64,000 nucleotides of DNA from Octopus bimaculoides (Eukaryota). The position numbers and the translations under genes were made by a program. Below, piece after piece: positions 13,769-26,764 of the stretch. Under the pieces are notes generated by a model that saw nothing but the letters and a program-made list of their open reading frames with translations, was not told the origin of the DNA and searched no databases. The stretch covers positions 167,243,218 to 167,307,217 of the forward strand of contig NC_068981.1 in NCBI RefSeq assembly GCF_001194135.2, written 5' to 3'. Position 1 is the first letter of the stretch. Each line of letters opens with the position of its first letter.

Positions 13769-15488
13769 ATCAGAATTTCCAGCCTAATCCCTACTCATTC
13801 CTTTTGAGAATCTTTTGATTTCTAGCAGTGTGCTTGCCTCTTCCAAAAAACAACACATTTCGCCAGAGTCGAGAAGTCTAGTTCTTGGTGGTGTGTTTGA
13901 GATTTTTACCCGGATCATTCATCGTCCCAGTTAGAAGGTAGATGAGTGTAAAATCTTCAGTTTTTTGTGTGACAGTGGAGTGCTTCTGTGTTAGAGATTC
14001 TGAGTAGAAAATAACTTACATATATGATATTTATTAGCGACAGAGAGGTAATATTTATCCCCACTTAAACGTGGATGTTGATGTTGAATGTTCTATTAGA
14101 ACAAACTATACTGCAGTAGTTTCCATGAGAGAAACCCTTATATTGGCTTTTTGGTGCAAAATGCAATCTTGCTTATATCGCTAGTGGAGAGATATATCCC
14201 CACCATCTCCAGTGTTGAGACTACCAGAACATGTGATTTCGACCTTCCTTGGTCTCGTCAATGATGGATGTCCGACTATTAAAGATAGGAGTGACCTCAT
14301 CTCCCCGCCAGCGATATATGGAAAAAAAAAACAGTGCCGGAATAGGCGCTGGTATCGCTCACTGATTAATAGCGACTTACTTTTTGCTCTCGTCTGTTGA
14401 AGTATATCTCCGCCTCTTCTAAATATCCAAGCTTTTTGCAGAGTGAGATGAGATCGAAAACATTTATGATCTTGGTCGCAGAAATAATTTTCGCTTTATT
14501 TTCGCTGCTACAGATGTTGTCAGTATCATCCTAGTCGCTGCAGTTATTGTTTCTTATTTGAGTGGCGGTGGATTTGTTTGTGCTGCTACATTTAGTTGCC
14601 ATAACAGTGGCAATGCACAACTGTTTGCTGTTCATGATTTTGTGAGTTTCTTTGTTTGGCATGTCATTGGTCTCGGTGCTGCTACTATTGTTGTTGCAAC
14701 TGTTTTTGCTGCTATTAGAGTTGTTACTGTTGTCGGTGCTACTAATGCTGAAACTACTATTTTTAATTACCTCGGCTGTAGTATTGGGTGGTAGAAGATG
14801 ATTGCAAAAGACGGTTTCACTTTCAAAATCTCCTCTCACCTTCACCTCTTGCTAGCTGGTTGACAAAGGGGGCGTCATTCTGAGATTTTATTATGCTTCG
14901 AAAAGTATTTTACTTGCTCATCTATCAAAAGGTTACATAAAAACATACATACATACATACAAACATACATAATGTCTGTATATATGTGTGTGTGTGCTTC
15001 TGTGCGGTTTTCCCTTTGTCTTGCTTTTGTCGATGCATAGTTATTTTTTTTAGCAAAAAATAGAAATATTACTATTTTCTTCATAAAATATGAAAAATTT
15101 GCAAGCTACACGAAATACGCACATGGACGTTAACAAAGCGTTTGTACACACTCTTCCAGCCACTTACATGCAAGTTTAGTCTACTCGTGCTTTGTTGTTC
15201 AAATTTCAGTTTGCTATGTGAATGGGCTCCCAGTCACTCATACGCCTGCGCAGTCTGGTCGTTGATTAAATTTCAGCTTATGTGCGTTTAATTNNNNNNN
15301 NNNNNNNNNNNNNNNNNNNNNNNNNNNNNNNNNNNNNNNNNNNNNNNNNNNNNNNNNNNNNNNNNNNNNNNNNNNNNNNNNNNNNNNNNNNNNNNNNNNN
15401 NNNNNNNNNNNNNNNNNNNNNNNNNNNNNNNNNNNNNNNNNNNNNNNNNNNNNNNNNNNNNNNNNNNNNNNNNNNNNNNNNNNNNNNN

Positions 15489-15534
<46 letters not shown>

Positions 15535-16770
15535 TATACACACACACATATATATATACATATACATGCATATATATACATATATATATATACATATATA
15601 TATGTATATATATATATATATATATACACATATATATATACATATACATATATATACATCTATATACACACACATATATATATAAACACACATACACACA
15701 CATTTATGTATGCATACATACATTTAAACAATTACTTTCTTAACGCCTATCTCTCGTTTTGTTTATTTGGTTCATTACATATATTGCTCTACATCGAGAT
15801 TATAAGTATATTCCAGTGGATTCCTTTTATTAGGAGTTCTTTTGGTATATTTTAAGAAATTACATACATATATCTATGTATATAATTTCTATATATACAA
15901 GTATATATTTATGTGTTTATATACGTATGCATACTCACCCACATACCTACATACATACATTCACACACACACACATGCACATATATAATTTATGCCATAT
16001 ATTTTCGTGAATAGATTCACTGAAAGTTTTCCCCAATGAACATTCAAATAAATTAAATAAAGTTGATCGCACGGACGTTAAACTTGCAACAGTGTGTTGC
16101 AAATGTCGGAATATATTGATTGTAAGAGCACCGGTTGTCATGATGCAATGTAGCTATACGATGCCTTGTAGAAATATCACACTTGGTCGACAAGAGACAA
16201 AGAAGAAAGTTCATCTAGCTGCTTGACTTATATTTGTTTCTTGTAACATCACTTAAAGTAGAGAGAGAATCTTCAATTTAGCTTTATACAAAAATCACAA
16301 ATAAATATTCATATTTTAAATAACTGAGTGGTGATCTTGAGCACTTTAAGTGTGGGATTATGAACACAGCTTCCATGCTGATGAATTTGTTAGATGAAAA
16401 ACGAGCTGTGTGTTCAAATCTATAGTAGCGTTACATAATATCTTCAAGAAGGTCACTTGTTTTTTTTTATTTTCTTTTTAATTATTTTAATTTTCTTACC
16501 TTTCGGGAATAAAATATTTGTTATTACTCTTATACAATCACTGATAAGTCCAGATGTTCAGGCACTGCTGGCTACACTAAACTTTTAGACAGGGGTTTGT
16601 TATGAAAACTAGAAAGGACGTAATACATTTTGGAAGCCCGACTCACCCACAAAAACACTAATACGGATTATGTTTAAGTGAAAAGTGTACTAAATACCAA
16701 GTAGGTAACATTTGGTTTAATTATAAACGGAAAATTTTAGGCATTTCTCCGCAGACTGAAGAAAAATATT

Positions 16771-16880
16771 GATGAATAACATTAATCGATTTTCGAACTT
16801 TATTGGGCTCTCATCAGAGGCGTCCACATCATTAAGACAATCTCTGGAGAAACGAGCAGCCAAACTGTTTATATACTCAA
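16771..16880 (-). mobile_element. Probable Penelope-like pseudo-LTR relic with a minimal hammerhead core
   Basis: Minus strand: TATATAAAC (16867-16875), then CTGATGA-GAGC-ccaataaa-GTTC-GAAA-ATCGAT-TA (16817-16783). No RT or GIY-YIG sequence seen. Confidence 0.5.
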
Positions 16881-17029
16881 CAAATTCAGCAGTTACTCTA
16901 TGAAGGAGTCCCTAATTTGCATACTGAAAGTGTTTAACACTATAAATTCAAACGTAAATCTGTGTGTGTCATTATTTGCAGTTTCTTGTATTCGTACCTA
17001 ATATATGTATATATATAACACGCGCGCAC

Positions 17030-17051
17030 ACACACTCACGCATACATACAT

Positions 17052-17148
<97 letters not shown>
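17030..17148. repeat. Long (CA)n microsatellite
   Basis: Directly visible. Confidence 0.95.
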
Positions 17149-17149
<1 letters not shown>

Positions 17150-17282
17150 CATCGAATTTCTGTCTGTTTGTTTGTCTGTCAAAATGAAAGTAAAGACAGC
17201 AAATCTGTAGGAGTAGTCTCACCCTGGTTCAGATTCGAAACTGGATATTTCAATTCTCCTTGGGAATACGTTAAAAAATAAC

Positions 17283-19450
17283 CAATTAGGGAGATATATA
17301 AGCAGTACTGAGGCCTCCTGGCGCATATTTGGAATCCCAATCCACGAAAGACACCCAGCCATTCAACAACTTCCTGTGCATTTAGAAAATGATCAAAGGG
17401 CTTATTTCACTGCTAAGACAGCTGCAAATTAAGTTTCAAATCCAAAGGATTCCACTTTAACACCATTTTTCAATCTTTTTCGGGGAGACAATTATGCAAA
17501 AACGCTGCAATATCATGAGGTTCCTTCTTATTACACATGGAGTAATAATAAATGGAATAGACGAAAAATAGATACAAAGGTTCAAGGTCATTCTGGGATT
17601 AAGTTTGGTACAACAATTGGTAGAGTGTATACTGTACATCCCAACGAAAATGTATGCTTTCATTTCAGAATGCTTCTTCATGTAAAAAGCTGACCGACTT
17701 CATAGGAAAACTTGAAAGAAGTTGATGGTGCGATTTGCAGAACATATCGAGAAACGTGTTTGAAGTTAGATTTGCTTGCAAATGATCAGAAACGGGAAGC
17801 AACACTGGAAGAAGCTTCAATATCAAAATACCAAAGAGTTTAAGAAGTCTTTTTGCTATTATTCTCAAAAATTATGAAGTAAGTAATCCTGCTGAACTGT
17901 GGAATAAGTCCAGAAATGAGCTTGCTGAAGATTTCAGGCACCAAATTCAGTTGAGTAATTCTGAGCAAGATATTGGTTTCACTGATGAAACAATACAGCT
18001 TTGATTGAAATAGAAGACCAAAGTATTTCAACGGGAGGTGAACCTTTAGAAAATTTAGGTCTCCCACTAACTAATAGAGGGGGTCTTAACAGTCTGTCCA
18101 CTGAATTAATGAAGGAAATTTCCTATGAAATGGAGGAACTGACCATGCACATAAATGATAATCTTCCCAAGCTTCTACCTGATCAACGTCGTGCATATTC
18201 CGCTGTCATAGAAAGTATTAACAATAAAGTAGGATGACTTTATTTCTTAAATGCTCCAGGAGGTACTGGGAAAACATTTGTAATTAAACTCCTCCTGACT
18301 AAAGTTCGTCAAGAAAATAAAATAACTTTAGGTACTGCTAATTCTGGGATTGCAGCAACATTACTACCCGAAGGTCGGACTGTTCATTCAACATTCAAGT
18401 TACATTTAGATTTATCTAACAAAGAAGATCCAGTTTGAAATATATCTAAACATTTTGGAATGGGTGAACTAATACAATGATGTTAATTGTCTGGGGGGAA
18501 TGTACCATGGCCCACAAAAAGCTTTTGAAGCTGTGGACAGAATATTAAGAGACATTAGAAATTTTAATTCCATGATGAGGAATGTCACAGTATTATTGTC
18601 AGGAGAGTTCTGATAAACACTACCAGTTGTTCCGAGAGGAACAAAAGTGAATGAGCTCAAAGCTTCAATAAAGTATTCTGTATTATTGCACCATGTAAAA
18701 GCATTTCAACTTTCGACAAATATGAGATCGAGGTTTTCAAGAGATCAATCAGCTGAACTATTTGAAGAGCAGCTTTTGGAACTCGGTGAAGCGGGAGTTG
18801 CGATTGATGAATAACAGTTTCTTACACTCAATCCAATATGTAATTCAGCTGATTCTATCGATGATTTGGTGAAATCTTTCCGAATCTTCTTCATAATTAC
18901 AACAATTCAGATTGGATCTGTGAGCAAACTATCCTGGCCCCTAAAAGTGTTACTGTAAATATTGAATAAACTTCGAGGAGAAGTATTCACTTATAACTCA
19001 GTCGACAGTGTTGTTGATGATCAGGATAGTTTTAACAACCCCATCGAATTTTTGGACTCACTTAAACCATTAGGTACAGCTCATTATTGTCTTCAGTTGA
19101 AAAAAGGGACTCCTATTATGCTATTGCATAATTTGTTTCAACTAAAATTATGCAATGGTACAATACTAATTGTGCACAAATTTATGAGGAACTGCATTGA
19201 GGCAAATATTCTCACTGGTTGTGGTAACGGTGAGACCTTCTACATTCCTCGCATACCAGTTATACCATTTAATCTCCCATTCCAGTTTAAGCGGTTACAG
19301 TTTCCTGTCCAAGTTTCTTTTGTTACAAGTTTTCTCTTATAAATTACACACAAACAGGATGAGTAAATTATATATATAATACTACTTTGAAAATGGCTCC
19401 TGAGAAAGAGTAAAAGTAATTACCCGATCAACGACGGGTATTACTGCTAG
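17283..19450 (+). mobile_element. Helitron relic: Rep/Hel linker, Pif1-type SF1 helicase and intact 3' terminus
   Basis: GRYISSTEASWRIFGIPIHERHP...VHLEN (from 17283); GRVYTVHP; Walker A NAPGGTGKTF (18250-18279); SGIAATLLPEGRTVHSTFK; LQLKKGTPIMLLHNL..KLCNGT; FKRLQFPV. Many stops and frameshifts. 3' hairpin TACCCG/CGGGTA (19421-19440) followed by CTAG|T (19447-19450). Confidence 0.95.
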
Positions 19451-20291
19451 TATATACCTATATATATCCTGTATATGTGACAAACATTATTTAATTAAAA
19501 CAGCGATCTATGTACTATACTTAAAATATATACACCGTCAATAGGTCAGTTATTGCAGTATTTGTTTTGAGATAAATCCTCCAATGGACTTGTTGCACTA
19601 AGAACACAATAAATATCAGAAAGGACGAAAATTAATCCCAGTAGTGGTCAGCGAGAGTGCCAGGTGCATTTCAATCCCTCTGGGCCTTTTCAATGGCACG
19701 CATTCGCAACCAGCCTGATGCTCCAACGAGAACTCGTCGTCTCTGATGAACCGGAATGGATACCACAGAATAATCTATCCGAATATTTGACGACTTGGCT
19801 AACACAGTTCCACAGAATTTTAGGACGAAAATGTTTCTGAAGCGCTTTTTCGAGCTGAATCCAGATATGCTATTCATTTTCACTAATCATGTCAAGATCA
19901 TTGCATACACATTACATTGATTTTTTATAAAGTTTTCCTTGATTTTTATGTCCTGGTCTGTCTTTGGAACAGGGGGCGGGGTCAAAGTGTGAAAAATGTT
20001 TCATTGCCACCCTTCCCTTGCATAAAGAATAGTAAAATTATGAATAAGCTGATTTCGTGCATAGATAGTTTAATTGCAACAAGATTTCAGTTAGAAATGG
20101 GGATGTTTTTTTACATATGATAGAGAAAATATAAAAGGAAGTATAGTGTCGCTTTATTCTATTGATACAGAGTCTTAAATACAAAATCTACAAATTATAT
20201 GTATAGCAGTTAAAATATGTCACAAACGTATTTTAATTAACCTAAAGTTCGTATATATACATATATATATATATATAAGAATATATTAAAA

Positions 20292-20422
20292 ATATATAAA
20301 GGAGGCCATTAGGTGGACTGCTAATGTGCTCCCCTTTGAGAATTATTTGGTCTTAGTAGACACATGACATGTGATCTTCTTCTAGCACATTAGCAGTCCA
20401 CCTAGTGGCCTCCTTTATATAT
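20292..20422. mobile_element. MITE-like foldback: 39-bp inverted arms, 53-bp spacer
   Basis: ATATATAAAGGAGGCCATTAGGTGGACTGCTAATGTGCT (20292-20330) versus the reverse complement of 20384-20422: 38/39 identical; TA-rich flanks. Confidence 0.75.
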
Positions 20423-20564
20423 ATATATAGTTATATTTTCTTATATATACATACAATAATCGTTTGAGATCTCAGATTTTCCTGAATCTCCCTGATTCTT
20501 TTCATGTGCTTGTTACCTGGTATTAAATTGATATTAATTAACATCCAATTATTTTACCCTATTG

Positions 20565-20589
<25 letters not shown>

Positions 20590-20599
<10 letters not shown>

Positions 20600-20740
20600 T
20601 GGATCCTGCACAGTTTCCTTGCATCTGATTACACTCAGAATCATTCGGTTGATACGCTTGTGGTAGAAAATATTTGCTGCATTTGCTCCGCAGTGGAATC
20701 GAAACCAAAGCTGTCAATTGAATTTCTTAATCAATAGTTG
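20590..20740 (-). mobile_element. SINE family B, very degenerate
   Basis: Patchy match to the reverse complement of family B (GTGGTAGAAAATATTTGC, CAGTGGAATCGAAACC, TTCTTAATCA). Confidence 0.45.
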
Positions 20741-21215
20741 TTTACACCTTTTTAATGATGCATGTTTATGACTTACAGTTAGTCTTATGCTACATCATTA
20801 AAATGCATGAACAAAAGCACAGATATCACCTTTTCAGTCTGGTACTAATATAACTTATCATTTTGATACTAATATATATTAATGAAGACAACTGCCAGTA
20901 ACAATTATGCAATTTTGACATCTTTAAAACATTACCGTATCTTTGTTGGTGTTATTGTTGTTGTTATTGCTGTTGTTGCTGTGGTTTAGCTGCAGTTCAA
21001 GACAGACAGAGCAGACCTATGATAAACGCAATCTAGCTGCGAACTATCTTGTATTATCAATGATATTTTTAGGACTACATTATTTATGGTACCCTTTTCC
21101 ATATTTAAGACAGACGGGTACGATGTAATGGAAATTTGGTTGCTATTTCTGGCATGCCGAACGAATACATTGATTCTGAAAAATTCTAACAAATGCGATT
21201 AAAATCACATGATAA

Positions 21216-21514
21216 AGGCATGGCTGTGTGGTTAAGAAGCTCACTTTGCAGCTACAAGGTTTCGGGTTCAGTCCTTGGGCAAGTGTCTTCCACTATAGCT
21301 TCGAACCGACAATTACCTTGTGAGTAGATTTGCTTGACGGAAAGCTATGTAGAATCCAATCTATCTATCTATCTATCTGTCTATCTATCTGTCTGTCTGT
21401 CTACCTGTCTACCTGTCTGTGTTAGTGTTTTGAACCTACCTACTGTCGCTTGGCAACAAGTGTTGGTTTGTTTATGTCCATGTAACATATCGACTGGGCA
21501 GTGGAGACGGATAG
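21216..21514 (+). mobile_element. SINE family B with an internal (TCTA)n(TCTG)n tract
   Basis: GGCATGGCTGTGTGGTTAAGAAGC...GGGTTCAGT; CORE-like CCTTGGGCAAGT at 21273-21284. Confidence 0.8.
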
Positions 21515-21803
21515 TATAGGCGCAAGCGTAGCTGTGTCGTAAGAAGCTTGTTTCTCAACTACATAGCTCAGGGTCCAGTCCTACTGTGTGACACTTTGGG
21601 TAAGTGTTTTCTACTATAGTCTCGGGCCGACCAAAGCCTTGTGAGTGGATTTGGAAGACGGTTACTTGTACACATACACGCAAACACACAGACCCATGCG
21701 GTTGCACGCACACAAGATAACACATACATAGACATGCCCATACGCGCACACACACACCTGTCAGTACATGGAATGCATATCACTCTACATAATGTACACA
21801 CTG
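21515..21803 (+). repeat. Source copy of a 289-bp inverted duplication (truncated SINE B plus CA-rich flank)
   Basis: 284/289 identical by manual alignment to the reverse complement of 27755-28043. Confidence 0.95.
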
Positions 21804-22054
21804 GGTTACTTATACGCATACACACACACAGGTCCACATAGTTTTCAGCCCACCCACACATACATACTCACACGATCGCCCCCATTCACACATGCACACT
21901 CACACATGCACACTCACACACCATTCTCACATACACACATGCGCTTGCGCACCTTAGTTCGTTGGGTTCACCGTTATCGTTATTATTATTATTTCCCTTT
22001 CATTCAGCCTCTTTTTTCTGGTCATCTCGTCACGTTGGACCGTTGAACACTGCA

Positions 22055-22302
<248 letters not shown>

Positions 22303-23202
22303 CGTAAACATACTCTATTCGAAATTCAAGATATTCATGCTTTTCACAAAACCTATTAGTGTAATGACTTAGGATAGATACAAATGGAAATCGAAGCAAC
22401 GTTTTGAACTCGATTCGCCGAAATCTAATCTTTAATGCTACGAACTAGTTGAACCAAGTATTTTTCAACTTTCGGTTTTTTTCATTATCAAATCCTGTAC
22501 AATAGGAAAACAAAAACGATTCTCATGAGTAATGAACTAAGAACACTGAAGATTTATACTAGTCGACAATAAAAACAGCTTGTTCAACTCAGTCGTCCAA
22601 ATAATGACAACAATACAATTTCCAATAAAGTTTTGTTATAATTTCATGAGTTTTGGTTTTGTCCTTGAAAACAATAGTAAAAAAGACGAACTTGTTTTAT
22701 TCCGCTATATTGTTTCCAATGAATAGCAAGCAAATCGTAGCATTTTCAAATATTTTATCAGTGGAGCTTGAATGTGGCGGATGATACTAAATGCCCACCA
22801 GTTTCGAGTTCAAAGGTCTGCTTTCACTTTCAATTTCCGAGAACTATAGAAGGAAGAAAATGAATACCAGCAAAATGCTAGCGGCGATTTAATTGTCTAC
22901 ATCTCTACTCCTAGTTTATGGCCTTGTATCAATGTTAGAAACTGTTTTATTTGTTGGAAGGCAAGTGCTAATAGGAAAGAGGCAAGCTTCCGCAATGACA
23001 AAGCAGCAAGCTTGTTTGGAGTCCCCGGTTTAAGAATACCACCCTCTTGATGAATATATTTGCTTGAGAAAGGAATCAGCATCACACAGTCATCACACTG
23101 CCTTTCTTCTCTCTCTCTAAATTAAAGCATACAGTATTATAGATCCATTACAGCGGATCTATATACCCGTATAGTTTGATTAATATACCAACTCTATTGG
23201 CG

Positions 23203-23495
23203 TGGCTCTTCGTTAGTTGCAACGACGATTCTTTCAGTTGATAAGATCAACCAAACAACCTGCTCGTGAAATTAACGCGCACGCGATGAGCACTCCACAA
23301 ACACGCTTACACTTAACGTAGTTCTCAGGGAGATTCAACATGACACAGAGAGCGAAATGGCTAGCCCTTTGAATAGCAGATACAACTCGTTTTTGCCAGC
23401 TGAATGGACTGGAATAATGAGAAATAAAGTATCTTACACAAGGAAATAACTCACAGCCTTACGATCGTGAGCTGGGAACACCTAGCCACGCATCT
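23203..23495 (-). mobile_element. SINE family C, decayed
   Basis: CTGCTCGTGAAATTAACG, GAGCACTCCACA, CTTAACGTAGTTCTCAGGGAGATTCA match the reverse complement of the 43159 copy. Confidence 0.8.
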
Positions 23496-24037
23496 TCAAC
23501 CCAATCTATTGACGAATATCAGAGTGCATACATACATACATACATACATACATAATACATACATACATACATACATGCATACATACATACATAGGTATAT
23601 ATGTATGTATATATATATATGTGTGTTTATGTATGTGTATGTATGTATATATATGTGTGTTTATATATATATATATATATNNNNNNNNNNNNNNNNNNNN
23701 NNNNNNNNNNNNNNNNNNNNNNNNNNNNNNNNNNNNNNNNNNNNNNNNNNNNNNNNNNNNNNNNNNNNNNNNNNNNNNNNNNNNNNNNNNNNNNNNNNNN
23801 NNNNNNNNNNNNNNNNNNNNNNNNNNNNNNNNNNNNNNNNNNNNNNNNNNNNNNNNNNNNNNNNNNNNNNNNNNNNNNNNNNNNNNNNNNNNNNNNNNNN
23901 NNNNNNNNNNNNNNNNNNNNNNNNNNNNNNNNNNNNNNNNNNNNNNNNNNNNNNNNNNNNNNNNNNNNNNNNNNNNNNNNNNNNNNNNNNNNNNNNNNNN
24001 NNNNNNNNNNNNNNNNNNNNNNNNNNNNNNNNNNNNN

Positions 24038-24071
<34 letters not shown>

Positions 24072-24078
24072 TTGATTG

Positions 24079-24404
24079 TGTAGACAATTACCTATCTTGA
24101 AACCAGTTGTCTCATCCATTGGCCATTGGATGGCACACGTGCTGTTGCATGTTGGGAGAATTACAGTATTTGTATAGAGAGAGATAAAGGCAGTTTCTGT
24201 GCGTTCGTATTCAGATACATAAGAGGTGGTTATGTTTAACTGTTGCATCACTTGGAATCGCAGCAGGAAGAAAATTCGTCCAAATGCTTTGGTTGCGCCG
24301 TCCAAAAGTGATAGATTTAATTCTCCCACAATGCAACACCACGGCGTGCGCACACAGTGGCCAATAGATGAGACAACTGGTTTCAAGGGAGGTAACTGTC
24401 TACA
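24079..24404. mobile_element. MITE/foldback element with ~85-bp inverted arms, TGT...ACA ends
   Basis: Arms 24079-24163 and 24318-24404 align as reverse complements (shared cores CTTGAAACCAGTTGTCTCATC and GGGAGAATTA); 154-bp spacer; no TSD seen. Confidence 0.8.
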
Positions 24405-24614
24405 GTTACTTTGGGCAATATTTGAGTTTAGCCCATGCACAAAACGACAGCTCCATGACCGCAAGTTTATAGCAAAAGAGGATGAAATTTTGTAGATTTC
24501 ATGACATGTTCAAGAGCATTAGCAACGCATGTAGGTTCCGATCGGGATTCGAAAAAAGCTTATGGTACTAGATTGCTTAGGCTGTCCTCTTTCTCTACAA
24601 TGATTTGTATTTCA

Positions 24615-24782
24615 TTAAATGCTTAGTGGCATTTTTTCAGGCTTTACTAGCAAAATTCAAACACTGCCGAAGTCTACTTTGTTTTTCATTCTTTCGGGGT
24701 CGGAAAAATAAATACCAGATGAACACTGAGGTCGATGCAATCAACTTACTCCTCCCCCTAAATTGCTGGCTTCGCGCCAAAA
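24615..24782 (+). mobile_element. SINE family A, 5'-truncated, diverged
   Basis: AAATGCTTAGTGGCATTT...GAAGTCTACTTTG...CACTGAGGTCGATGCAATC. Confidence 0.75.
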
Positions 24783-24807
24783 TTATTATTATTACTATTA
24801 ATATTAA

Positions 24808-25018
24808 GGGTAGCGAGCTGGCAGAATCTTTAGTACGCTGGGCGAAATGCTTAGCAGTATTTCGTCCATCTTTCCGTTTTGAGTTCAAATTCCGCCGAAG
24901 TCGGTTTTGCCTTTCGTCCTTTCGGGATCGATAAAATAATTACCAGTTGAATACTGGGATCGATGTAATCGACCATCCTCCTCCCCCAAATTTCAGGGCT
25001 TGTGCCTATAGTAGAAAG
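24808..25018 (+). mobile_element. SINE family A, full length; (AAT)n tract follows to ~25128
   Basis: GAGCTGGCAGAATC...GAGTTCAAATTCCGCCGAAGTCG...TGTGCCTATAGTAGAAAG. Confidence 0.9.
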
Positions 25019-25061
25019 TACTATTACTATTAGTATTAACAACCATAGCAACAATGACAGC

Positions 25062-25120
<59 letters not shown>

Positions 25121-25789
25121 TAATAATAACGAAAATCCGAGATTATTCACAGAAAAATAGAACTATTTTATGCTAGATCGAAACATAAATCAATGAATTA
25201 TTGTAAAACACTAATAAAATTCTGCGTAGATTATAAAAATATAGATCAATATGTTATTTAATGAGATTTCTCAAATACAATAACACATCCTTAGTTTCAT
25301 TGAATTTTTAATGTGTGTAAATATTTCATTTGTGTCAAATCTTATTCCTTAGAGCAATTCACAAGCAGCAAAATTGGAATATATCAAAATAATCCCAGAA
25401 AAATACAATATAAAGAAATATACAATATAATTGTATAATTAATTTTGTTGTTCATAGATTAATTGTGTGTATATACAATCAGTGGTTTATATATATATAT
25501 ATATATATATATGCAATCTAATTATTCTAGTGACTTGTAAGATGCGAAAAGGTGGTGGGTTTTATGCTCTGAGGTCAAAATAGTCCTGCTAAGAATAGTC
25601 CACATCCTACACAAGACACTATCAATTCAATAAAGCAACCCACAAATACAAGACAAACTCTACACAGTAATTATCGATGCAATACAATACCGGGAAGAGT
25701 TTGCGGACTCCCAATAACAAAACAGAACACACCCCAACAACACGGAGGTGTAGCAGGCGATGCTGTAGAAATTTACAACTATAATAATC

Positions 25790-25846
<57 letters not shown>

Positions 25847-26324
25847 TTTGTCTTGGTATAAAAGATGAGATACAGCAAATATTCTGTTTAATACCACAGA
25901 TTTGCTTGTCAGTTGTTTGACCTTAACCAGTTGAGCATGTCCCTTGGTGGCTGATGATATGTGCATCTCTGGTCACGAGTAGAAGTAGTGGGAGAGCATC
26001 ATAGCCATGTGTTGAGAGGAATTATTTGGAGTTTGAATAATTCCCCTTGGGAAACATGGGTGTTTTGCTCAACATCCTTAAACAAACCTTATTCAGGGAC
26101 CTTTTGAGCGGGATGGGCTACTCGACCTGAAGAAAATTCTAACAGGGCCCCACCTGCGAGGTCATGGGCTGTTTATCTTGATATGAGATCACCATGTCGC
26201 GTACATATGTTTGTGATGCATGTGCCTGGTGTACCCTTATCAGACGGGTAGTCATGATGGGTATATTGGGCTTCGTATATTTTACCCCAGTGTCACTTTG
26301 ATGGCATGCACTGCTCTCTCACTC
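25847..26324 (+). mobile_element. Non-coding element D, copy 1 (5'-truncated, abutting (AAT)n)
   Basis: Collinear with the copies at 37783, 39278 and 41572; ends ...GCATGCACTGCTCTCTCACTC; the truncated end joins (AAT)n at ~25793-25846. Confidence 0.9.
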
Positions 26325-26420
26325 NNNNNNNNNNNNNNNNNNNNNNNNNNNNNNNNNNNNNNNNNNNNNNNNNNNNNNNNNNNNNNNNNNNNNNNNNNNN
26401 NNNNNNNNNNNNNNNNNNNN

Positions 26421-26730
26421 AATACAAAGACCTGGAAATAGAGGTAACTCGAATGTGGAATCTAAAAACAGAAACAATCCCTATCATAGTAGGTGCCTTA
26501 GGCATAATAAAAAAAATATTCAGACAAATACATAACAAAAACACCAGGACTTACAAATATATATAACATACAGAAAATTGCACTACTGGGCACTGCACAT
26601 ATCCTACGCAAAACACTTTCAATACAGTAACCATAAGAGCACCACAGCAAACCACAGGACATACCCAAGGCGCACAGAGCTGCGCTCGGTAGTGAAGTGA
26701 AAGCACTTTATAAAAATAAAACTACTGAAC

Positions 26731-26764
<34 letters not shown>
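26421..26764 (+). mobile_element. RLE-type (R4/Dong-like) LINE 3' end, 3' UTR and (AAT)n tail
   Basis: YKDLEIEVTRMWNLKTETIPIIVGALGIIKK(fs)YSDKYITKTPGLTNIYNIQKIALLGTAHILRKTLSIQ* (stop ends 26630); one frameshift in an A run. Confidence 0.9.

Noticed and set aside
14531-14845. 104-aa Asn/Ser-rich ORF and the overlapping Val/Ala-rich ORF
   Set aside because: Degenerate (GTT/GCT)n low-complexity sequence.
16361-16420. CTGATGA...GAAA inside a hairpin (GAACACAGCT/AGCTGTGTGTTC)
   Set aside because: Stem II lacks the G-C closing pair, and neither a type I nor a type III arrangement gives valid stems I and III.
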